Shown here: positions 12,319 through 22,179 of the stretch, piece by piece
Layout: the number at the start of each line of letters is the position of its first letter
How positions within the stretch are numbered: the first letter of the stretch is position 1
From: Macrostomum lignano
Taxonomy: Eukaryota
NCBI GenBank assembly: GCA_002269645.1
Contig: NIVC01000045.1
Coordinates: 434,001 to 498,000, forward strand
DNA: 64,000 nt
Direction of reading: 5' to 3'
Translations under genes and position numbers: made by a program
Notes under the pieces: generated by a model
Told to the model about the DNA's origin: nothing
The model's database searches: none
The model's input: the letters and a program-made list of their open reading frames with translations, nothing else

Positions 12319-12996
12319 AATATAACTAACTAACTACCTAACTAAATAAGTAACTCCGGCGCCTCAGACATTGAAATAGGCTCTTACGCCACTAGATATA
12401 AACAAGTTTCCTGAATAGGGAGTGTACTAATGTACACTAAAAGCCAAGTTGGACTATAGAGGACTGTACAGGGCAAAATCATAAAAACCAAACCTCCCCG
12501 GGGGACAGTAGCGGTTCGACGAACCAGTCAGGAGCCCGTGCCCAAAAACCAGGTTAGATAGACCCCTCAGCCTATTAGGAAGGCCCGAAGGCCAAGAGCC
12601 GTGGCATCCATGCTGGGGCTGACCGCCCCTCTACCCCCGGGTACAAATCATAAACCTCCCCGAGGCCCGTGGGGGTTGAGAGAACCAATCAGGGAAGCCC
12701 GTGCCTACTCCTGGGTTAGTAAAGCCAAAAAACCGTACCAACGGTCTCGTCCTGCTCAGACTCAGTCCTGGTTCTGGCACACTCCAGCTTTAATAGGGTC
12801 GCATGCTGTACGCTCAGAGGGCGCCTGAGGGATACCGTCAGAGCACCTTGGTACAGGTATAGGCCTGCCTTCCTATACAGCTACCCACAGCCCTTCCCGA
12901 TCCACTATTACCCTCCAACCCAGCCTACTCACTCATTACAAGCTTTCAGCCAGGCAGAGACAAGTTTCACAGGAGTGACTGCGGTTAGGCGTCTCT
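12319..12996 (-). repeat. Minus-strand LINE 3' end (GC-rich UTR, stem-loop, TTAG-type tail); left arm of a large inverted repeat
   Basis: Reverse complement of 13423-14264; stem-loop at 12358-12390. Confidence 0.85.
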
Positions 12997-13422
12997 ATGC
13001 GAGACAAAACCCAAATATACAAATAACGCTTTTATACATAAACTTTTAGTCATATGTGCCAACCAGGCCAAACCAATATACTTTGCGTAGGGGCTGCTAC
13101 TAGTAGTAGTTCCTGCCGCTTAGCTACTATTTTATACTCAAACCAAATATAAATATTTAAATACTGACTTTGAAACCTTCGCGCTGATCCCCCTTTCGGT
13201 CCAAAATATCTTTGTGAGGACCCGTCCCATTTTCCGTAGAGCTCCCCCCTTTATCAGTTGCGAACACTTCACTTTTATTCCTAAATGTACATAATAAATT
13301 TAAATCGAATTTTTTAACCTTCGTACAACTAATAATTAGCATAACTTTTTTAAATTTAAATATATCGGCAGAGCCCTACCCGGGCTGACCCGAGGTGCCT
13401 TCAGCACCACTCGTTTAACAAC

Positions 13423-14264
13423 AGAGGCGCCTAACCGCAGTACCCCTGTGAAACTTGTCTCTGCCTGGCTGAAAGCTTGTAATGAGTGAGTAGGCTGGGT
13501 TGGAGGGTAATAGTGGATCAGGAAGGGCTGTGGGTAGCTGTATAGGAAGGCAGGCCTATACCTGTACCAGTTGGTGCTCTGACGGTCCCCCTCGGAGTGC
13601 CCTCTGAGCGTACAGCCAGCGACCCTATTAAAGCTGGAGTGTGCCAGAACCAGGACTGAGTCTGAGCAGGACGAGACCGTTGGTACGGTCACTATAGAAA
13701 TGGCGGGTTGGCGAAGCAAAGGTTGAAACAGTCCCGGCGAATAGCCCTCCTGCCGCTTCAAAGATAAGAGACTGTCTGGCAAGAGTACCCGGGGTCTAGT
13801 TGGGGGGGAGGCTCCTTCGGGTTGCCACGGCCGTGGGGGCGGTCAATTGACCGGTTTTTTGGCTTTACTAACCCAGGAGTAGGCACGGGCTTCCCTGATT
13901 GGTTCTCTCAACCCCCACGGGCCTCGGGGAGGTTTATGATTTGTACCCGGGGGTAGAGGGGCGGTCAGCCCCAGCATGGATGCCACGGCTCTTGGCCTTC
14001 GGGCCATCCCTAATAGGCTAAGGGGTCTATTTAACCTGGATTTTCGGGCACGGGCTTCCTGACTGGTATGTCGATCCGCTGTCACTGTCCCCTGGGGAGG
14101 TTTTTGATTTGTTACTTGCCCTTTACACAGTACTCTCTCTAGCTTAGGAACCTAGTGTACATACGTACACTCCCAACTTGGAACCTATATCTTTCTAGTG
14201 GCGTAAGAGCCTTATTCAATAGGCTGAGGCGCCGAGTTTACTTTTTAGTAAGTTAGTTAGTTAG
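13423..14264 (+). repeat. Plus-strand LINE 3' end; right arm of the inverted repeat, with ~165 extra bp at ~13690-13854
   Basis: Matches the left arm in reverse complement; stem-loop at 14200-14233 followed by a GTTAGTTAGTTAG tail. Confidence 0.85.
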
Positions 14265-14458
14265 CCTAGCTTATCTCTTTCTTTTTTAAAGTACTTTAGT
14301 TAGCCTTCCATTACACTGTACATTTGGTTTTTATCTTCCCCACCCCTAGTCTTATCTTGCAGTCGCCCCAACCCCCTCAGCGAGCGCACTTTGTGTGCCT
14401 CCTGACTCATTAGTTGTTTAGTTTAGTTTAGTGTAGGTGCACCAAAAAATCACGCCAC

Positions 14459-17168
14459 ATGGCTGTGAATCGCGCCAGTGCTAAGAGACTGGACTGCCGG
14501 CCCTCTCTAGAACATCGATACCGTCCGAACGAAGCCTACGGTCGCCAGCTTCTCGGATTGCCGACATCAGAGCCCCCGATTGCGAGTCCGCCACCAGCAG
14601 GCCAGATCGACCAGCTCGACGCAGCTTAGAAGGCCGCCATTCAATCAGCCCGCCGGCTGGTGAGCTTCTGCGCAATGCAGAAGAAGTTCTGCAAGAGAGA
14701 GAGCGGATGCCGGAGGCTGCAGATGCAAAGCAGCGCATGTCCGTCGACTGCGACGAGCTAGGCCAGATAAGCGCCCTGCCACCAAACGAGGCCGCTGCAG
14801 CGACCGAGCCAGCCGAGACCAGCGAGCACAGTGCGGCAGCGGCAGCGTCGACGTCTGAGGAGCGCCAGCAATCGGCTGCAGACCAGGCCTCGACGCTGCA
14901 AAGCCCCCTGCTGAGCAGCTGGACGCTGACATCAGTCAGATCATTTTCCCTGACGAGCCCGACCTGACCGACTGTCAGCAGACCATCTACGCTGGCGACA
15001 GCACGATAATCTGTGCGCCAAAGTTTTTAAGCGAGGTCGCAGACCAAATCGATGAGCGCCTGCTCGCCGACCTGCTGCCTCGGGCCTTTCAGCATCGTCC
15101 GAGTGAGCAGCGCCACGTCTACTGGATCGGCCCGTCGTACACCTACAGCGGGGTTGAACTGAAGGAAAATCTAGACTGGCATCCGGTAATTGAAGACATT
15201 CGTGACTTCATTTACCATGATACCCAGCTCGATGTCCCGAAGTTCAACTCCGTGTTGGTGAACTTCTACGCCGAGCCGGGAGACCGGATTCCCTGGCACT
15301 CGGACGATGAGGACGAGCTTGGCGACAGACCGACGATCGCGACTGTGTCCTTCGGCGCTAAGCGGCTGTTCATGCTGCGCCGTCGGGACGGCAACGTGAC
15401 GCACCGATACCCAACTCTGCCAGGCTCGCTGATTCTGATGGCAGGAAACTGCCAGAAGCGACTGCAGCACCAGGTGCCTGTCGCCCGCTCACAGAACGGT
15501 GTCCGCATCTCGCTAACCTTCCGCGTCACCAAGCCGGAGTTGCGGCGAAAGCGAGCTCTGCCAGATGACCCGACCTACAGCCAGCCGCTCTACGGCGGCC
15601 CATTTGGCGACCCAGGCGGTCGGTACGACGACCAAGGCGGTCGAGACGACGACAGGCCCCAGGATAAGCAGGCGAGGCAAGACCACGAAGGCGTCCGGGG
15701 TCGGCGCGGTCGCGGCGGCCATTAGCGAGGCAGGCGAGGAGGTCGCGGCGCGGCGTCCAGTGCGGCGGCGGCTTCGGCGACGTCCTGGCCGAGCAGTGCG
15801 GCGGCGGCTTCGGCGACGTCCTGGCCGGCCGGTGCGGCGGCGGCTTCGGCGACAAGCGCACAGGCGGCAGCGGCAGTGCGGCCCTATGCGCAGTTTGCGG
15901 CGCGCCCTGCTCCGTCCAGAAGGCCCCTGGCTGCCATCCCGCCGGTCGTCTTTGAGGTGCACCGGGACGCGGCCAACAAGCTGAGGCAGTTTGTTGCCTG
16001 GCTGCAGACCAACTTTGCAGGTGAAGCTCGAGCCGTCAACACTGCGCCGATGGCGAATCAGCCGGCCTATCTCGTGTTCCCAGCGTCGGAGCGGGACTAC
16101 AGCGTCTTCCTGGGCGGCGCGCTGCGCGAGGAGAAGCTGCTCGAGCATCCCGTAAAGCGCTGTCCAGCCCGAGCCCGACCGCTGGACAACAGAACAGGGC
16201 CCGACAGAGTGCAGCAGCAGCCGGTACGCACCTTCATCGCTACTGAGGAGCCCCTCGCGTTCTCGGAAGCTGACTTCGCGACCCTGCTGCGCGACACGCT
16301 TAAGCTGGACATCGTCAGCGTCCACAGAATCCGAGCCAGAGGGGAAGGCAACTCAGTTCGTGCGCGTCTTCACAAAGTCGGCGATGACCTACGAGAAGTG
16401 CCTCCGCGATGGCATCTGCACCGACTTCTTGAATTTCAACTGCGAGGACAGCCGCACAGACGAGCCGGTCCGCGCTCTGCAATGCCAGCGCTGCCAGGAG
16501 TTCGGCCACCGCGCTGCCCTGTGTCGGGGACAGCAGCGCTGCCGGATTTGCGGCGGCCAGCATTCCTGGAAGGAGTGCCAGCACGAGGGCCCAGCGGTCT
16601 GCGCCAACTGCGGCGGCTCGCACCGCACCACCAGTCGAGCCTGCACCGTCGCCAAGGCGGAGCACAAAAGGCGACCAGAGTGGCTGCTGAGGCCAAAGCC
16701 GCGGCGCGAGCTGCGGAAGCTGCGGCTACTGCCACCCCAGCGTCAAGTGAGACCGACGACACCGCCGCCGCCGATGACTCCGACAGCGGCTGGCTGATCC
16801 GCCGAGGCAGACGCACAGTGCCGGTACCCGCCGCGATCCGGCCGCTTGTCATCGTGACCGACGATGCCAGGAGCGCTCCGGCGGCAGAGACCGAGTCAGC
16901 AGCAGCTGCCAGCGATGATGCCAATGCGACTTCTCCGTCAGCTGATGCCGGCCAAGCGGTGCAGCTGCAGCTTAGTGACTTTATGTCGGTGGTAAGCATG
17001 CTGTTGCCCCTGATCACCCGCTGTCTGACTCAAGTGGTTGTGCAGGCCCTGTCCCGACCGCCTGGGGAGGTCCTCACTGTGGAATCAACCAGTAAAATGG
17101 TTGAGGACATTGTGCGGGCTGCACTCCAGGAAGTGCCGGGCATGGCTGGCTTGACCACTGAGTCCTAG
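14459..17168 (+). pseudogene. ORF1 of copy C (AlkB + Ala/Ser linker + Gag-like with three zinc knuckles), frameshifted
   Basis: HVYWIGPSYTYSG...FNSVLVNFY...WHSDDEDELG...LQHQVP...RISLTFR at ~15110-15532; CQRCQEFGHRAALC, CRICGGQHSWKEC, CANCGGSHRTTSRAC. Confidence 0.9.
15760..15852 (+). repeat. 36-bp tandem repeat (~2.6 copies) encoding SAAAASATSWPS in the copy C linker
   Basis: GTGCGGCGGCGGCTTCGGCGACGTCCTGGCCG read directly. Confidence 0.85.
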
Positions 17169-17254
17169 TCTCAGGCAGCTAAACTCAAGACTTGAATTGA
17201 AACTTCAGTGCGTTAACTGTAGACTCAAACAATCAAACCACAGCCCTGAAGATT

Positions 17255-18814
17255 ATGCACTTAAACTGCAGGGGATTCAACCTGAAAATCAGAGAGCTGA
17301 CACAGTGGGTCGTCAGTCAGGAGCTAGACATTGCCCTCTTCTCTGAGACCATTCTCAAAAGCTGTCACACTGTCCAGATTCCCGGGTACTCCATCATTAG
17401 GTATGATACCCCGCAAGTCAGACGCGGGCTACTCCTTGCTCACTTTCCTCGCGTCAAACTCACAAATGTGCGCTTGCAGTATGACAATGTCAACCATGAA
17501 GCCATCTCCTGCACCGTCAGCTTGTCTGACAACTCTGGTCCTGACTTCAATCTCGCTCTGGTGTACAGGTCTCCAGCACCGTACCACCTGAACCTGAACC
17601 TACTCAAAAATCTTCTCTCCCGTAGGCGCAGTGTGCTCATGGGTGACCTCAATGCCAGACACCGCTTCCTTGGGGGTGACAGCAGCAACAACATGGCTGG
17701 CTACCAGTTGCACGACTGGCTGTCTGAGGGTCCCACCTCGCCCACCATTCTCAATCAGGCCGGTCAGTTCACCAGATTGGCCACCAAAAACGGGCTGATT
17801 TCTAGGACCTCGTCTCGCTCTGGACCTCGCTCTGGCCAATGAGGACTTTCTCCCATTTGTGCAGGACTTTGAGGTTGGTCCTGACCTGGGCAGTGACCAC
17901 TTACCTATAATCCTCACGCTCAATATTCAGTCTAAGAAATGGGCAGGTCCCCCAGACCCAAAAACTTCTCAAAAACAAACTGGGATGAGTTCAGACTCAA
18001 AATCAGTGAAGCTTTGAGCTCAGATCATGATATTCAGTTATCGAATGCTGCTCAAATCAATGCCGAAGTGGATCACATCACAAAGGCCATTCACACCGTG
18101 ATTGACTCTACAGTACCAGACTGTGGTGCCAAAAACGCCCTACCCAAGTACATCCTCGACCTGATCAAAGAGCGCAGACGACTCAGACGCCTCTGCTTCA
18201 GCACACGGGATCAAAATTTCAAAACCCAAACAAACCAGCTCGCAAATCGCATAAAAAGAGAAATTAGCGCCTTCCAGAATGGAAAGCTAACCAAAATCTG
18301 AGAGTATAGTTGAGAATAGCAAAAACAAAAAAGTGAAGAATTTCTGGCACGATACTAAAAAGCTGATGGGCAAATTTAAGCCAACCTCCATCCCCAGCCT
18401 CACCCTGGGTCAAACAACTGCGCACACAGATCTGGAGAAGGCTAACCTTCTAGCCGAGACTCTGAACTCAAAGATGCGCCCAGTCCCTTCCACATGCGAA
18501 CAGCTCAAACGTGAGGTGGCCGATGTTGCACAGCTCACCTCGTTCTTTCCCGTACCTGAGGGAATCGAACCCATTGAGACCCACCCACTTGATGCTGCAT
18601 TCTCTGTGGCAGACACAGTGTGGGAACTGGAGCACTTGAGGCCTGATGGAGCACCCGGGCTAGTCCTCAAGCTGGGCTTAGAGGGGGTGGCAATCACGAG
18701 ACTCACAAACCTCTTCAACGCCTGCTACGGTCGAGGGATCTTCCCCAGCGCCTGGAAGAAGGCTGTGGTGACAATGATCCCAAGCCGGACAAACCGCCCG
18801 AACACCCCAACTCC
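17255..18814 (+). pseudogene. ORF2 of copy C: APE + N-terminal RT, truncated
   Basis: HLNCRGF, LFSET, LMGDLN, GSDHLPI, WKKAVVTMIP; homology stops near 18814. Confidence 0.9.
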
Positions 18815-20339
18815 TCTGACTTTCACTCTGATCAAAAAATCTGGAGCAGACCAGGGTTTAGAGAACCAGTCACGACTAAATTCAGGAAAGCCATTAATCA
18901 ATAACAGTAATACTAAAAAATTCACCTCAAGCCGTTCCTGGGTGAGATCCTGTCACGATTGATTGATCCTGTAGTGCCGCAATTAACTGCAGCGTGCAAA
19001 TCTTTTTGTACATATCAAAAAGTTTTACTACTTAGGACAAAAAATATTGCTTTACTACAGAACGGCGCCTAAGGTTATCCCCTGCTTTCCAAAGGGTACT
19101 AGCATGAGCTAGGCTGCATAGCCCTCTCTATTCACAGCTCCCTAAGGCCGGAGGACGTTTTAAACCTGGAACCCCAAACCAGGAACCCCAAACCAGGTGG
19201 ACCAATAGGCCCTTAACTCTGTCTGAGTGAGCTGATATCCACTCCCGTAGGGTTCGGATCGCTATTTGTTGTTGTTAAACGGGGGTGGGAAGCTTAGCTA
19301 CCCGCGGATCAGCCCGGGGTGGGCTCTGCCGCAGAGGGGCACTACCAGGGGCCAAGGCATTAACTGTCCAGGGCTCGAGATACCCCATGGATGCATTGGG
19401 ATTGGACCCGGGTCAAAGCGCGGGTGGGCGAGTTGACCCAAGCCTACGGTACAAGACACCGCCAACCCAAACAGTGGAATCAGGGACAGTGCTAGGACCG
19501 AGTCCACCCAGGCTACCCCCCAGCAGACAGGTCCTCGGGAGTGCGCGAAAAACAGAATTGGACTATTACTGAAAAGCCGTCCAAGAGCGGGAAACGCAGA
19601 AGTCTCGGAAAGGGCTAACTATTGGAGTGAGTCTGGAAGGCTTGTTTCCGAGGGGGAGACTCTAGGCGGACAGGAAACACCTCTGTTGCTACCAACCCAA
19701 GGGCATCGCCTATCCAGCTCAATTTTGGGGGCCAGGCCAAGGGGGCGGGAAGAGGCACCAGGGGCAAGAGGACACCGGACTCAGCCGGTTGTCCCCGGTT
19801 CGGGACGAACATCCTTCCCAGGACACCAATCCACTGTCAGGATGAGAGCCAGAGACACGCAAGCAGGGACCTTCAGCAGGAGCCAGGAGATGGACCCGAG
19901 GACAGGGCAAGATGGACCGGGCAAGGGCAGAGCTTATAACTCCGAAGATTGGAAGGCTTCTAGTGGCCAGATTAAAGGTTAAAAGAATAAAAAAGCCACA
20001 AAGGCAAAAAGCAAAGGGATAAAACAGCACTGGGATGCCAGCCCAGAAAAAAGAATGGCAGAAAGGAGCAGCACCATAGCCCTAAAGCAGGCAGCTTGCC
20101 GACCTGCAGCCCGGGTGCTCAGCCTCAGGGCTGGCAGTCTACTGGGTCTACCGTACACCTTTGTGAATTGGTCATTCTTTCCTGCAGGGCGGGTACGACC
20201 GGGGGGCTCAGTCCCGTCCTAGTCACACTGCAGTCCAGATATCCAACTCACTCCGGGCACCCCCCCCTAACCCAGGGCCGATGGCCAAAATAATTGGAGT
20301 ACGAAAAAGAATAGGGTTATTTTTAGACTGGGCACAGCC

Positions 20340-20461
20340 CCTCCGGGGCGGACCCTTAGTTATTGGGCTAGCCGAAGCTAGGCCAATCGGATTGCGCACA
20401 ACCCTTAGACAAGCTACCAGAGAGGCAACCAGGGTAAAAACAGTCAGAGACCTATTTATAG
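20340..20461 (+). promoter_or_regulatory. Promoter-like cluster (GC box, ATTGG/CCAAT, TATTTATA) at the end of a GC-rich block
   Basis: GGGGCGG ~20345, ATTGG ~20362, CCAAT ~20383, TATTTATA ~20453; motif reading only. Confidence 0.35.
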
Positions 20462-20803
20462 TTTCAAAAATTTGACTTGACTATTACGGAAACTTCGTTT
20501 TCGTTAACTTACTCATAGTTAACGCATTCAGACTCAACTATATTAATCAACAAAAATTTCGAACAGATTTGCACCTGCAAAAATACTCACTAGGCTTTGT
20601 GATTCTTTGTGACTTTTATGTAAATACCTATTTCAATATCAACTGTTTTAACTATTTTAATTGCTTAATTTGTTTTATAGAATACTTGTAATCTCTTATT
20701 TGTTTTATTGAATTCTGTAAAAAAGTAAGATTGATTATCTATTTGTTTTATTCAAAATCGAAACTTCATACCAATACTAATCGTGAATCCAAATTATATC
20801 ATT

Positions 20804-20836
20804 AGCGTAAGAGCCCTTGAATAGGGCTAAAGCGCT
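20804..20836 (+). other. Conserved 3'-terminal stem-loop of the LINE family, followed by an A-rich tail
   Basis: AGCG-TAAG-AGCCCT-tgaat-AGGGCT-AAAG-CGCT then TATAAAATGAAAAAAAAA. Confidence 0.75.
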
Positions 20837-20967
20837 CGTACCTATAAAATGAAAAAAAAATTAAAATGAGATTACACAACTAAATTCAACAGCCAGCTTG
20901 ACTCAAGCCTTCCCAAACTACCTTTGTGATTTTTACCTTCCTGATTTGATCTAATTGAAAAGATTAA

Positions 20968-21900
20968 ATGGCCTTCGACGACGAATTTAAACGACTATAA
21001 GAAGAGCTTGCTCTGTCAGACAGCAACGCGAGTGAATTCGACCATGAGGAAGAAGAGAATGAGCCTTGCCCCCCTAATCGTCAGCCGACTCGCCCAAGCA
21101 ACGCCGGACCGAAACCAAAGATCGCGTCAGTTGTTACTCGCCCCCCAGCTAAACCGATTAGCAGCTCGCCCCAGAAGCGCAAACGACTGCTGGAGCGCCA
21201 AGCCACCGCCCCCGTGGAGCCCTCGGCCGACATTGTCCGCCGCCAGCCCTCCGGCTCCCGCGCCGCTCAAGTTCTGCCCCCAAGTGAGGCGCCGCCCATC
21301 ATTCGCCGAGTTTGAGAGAAGCCAGTCACTAAACAGGAGCCCAGAGAGCGCTCCAGGTCTCCGGCCAAACCCATCGTCCAGCCGCCTCCGCAGTATGGGG
21401 TAAGGCCACCCCATCAGGCCAGGCCAGGACCGTCGATTCCTGTGCCAATCGATCTGCGTGTGCAGATCCCGCCATTGATGGCCAATACAGTGCCACGCCA
21501 GCCTCCACGTCAAGAAATAGGCGAGGATTTTAACCGAATCATTTCGGAGATGCCAGAATTCCGCCGTGCTCAGTTTAGGCAAAAGATTGTAACGCTGAAG
21601 GTCTACTTAGTAAAGGTTGGCATATCTCGCCTTGACGGTCGCATGTTCCCACAGAGAGTAGAAGTCGCCGTCGCCATAGAAGAGCTGCAGCGCATGCAGC
21701 TGGCGCAAGCCATCGCTGCCTGGCGCCGCGCCACCAATCATGCTCTGCACGATCTGACTAGAGGCAACAGACAGTACAATCGAGATAATGTGGCCACCGA
21801 GGTGCATTGGCTGGGCCAAAGCTTCGGTTGGCCCGATCCGGACGTCCTACCGTGCAATTTCCGGTGGAACTATCTGAAGAAGCATTATTATTGCATGACA
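20968..21900 (+). pseudogene. Decayed ~310-codon ORF of unknown family (acidic N-terminus, Pro-rich middle, helical C-terminus)
   Basis: ATG 20968 is in frame with the 21442 ORF; only two stops (TAA 20998, TGA 21313); 3' limit approximate. Confidence 0.55.
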
Positions 21901-22179
21901 TTCGAACATTTATTTTCTGCGAAAAATCACTCACAATTTTTTAACAGCTTTGTGCCTAGTAAACATTTGAATTTTTTTTTGCATTTTTGTTGTCTTTTTC
22001 TTGCATGCATTTGTTGCCTAATAAATTTGCTGCTGCGTAATCATTTATTATCTATTTTTCTTTTATAGCCTGCTTTTATACATGTAATAAGAATTTTGTC
22101 TCACTATTAAACATTCGAAAAATTCTTTAAGGAAAGCCAGTTGATGCAGCAGTAAATCATTGAGTTATCTCAAATGCCT

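Noticed and set aside
11105-14270. True telomeric repeat tracts
   Set aside because: Only short, impure TTAG/TTAGG runs that act as element tails; no evidence of a chromosome end
15513-17017. Long antisense and alternate-frame ORFs over copy C, and 10396-10962 over copy B
   Set aside because: Expected shadows of GC-rich coding sequence; no domain motifs
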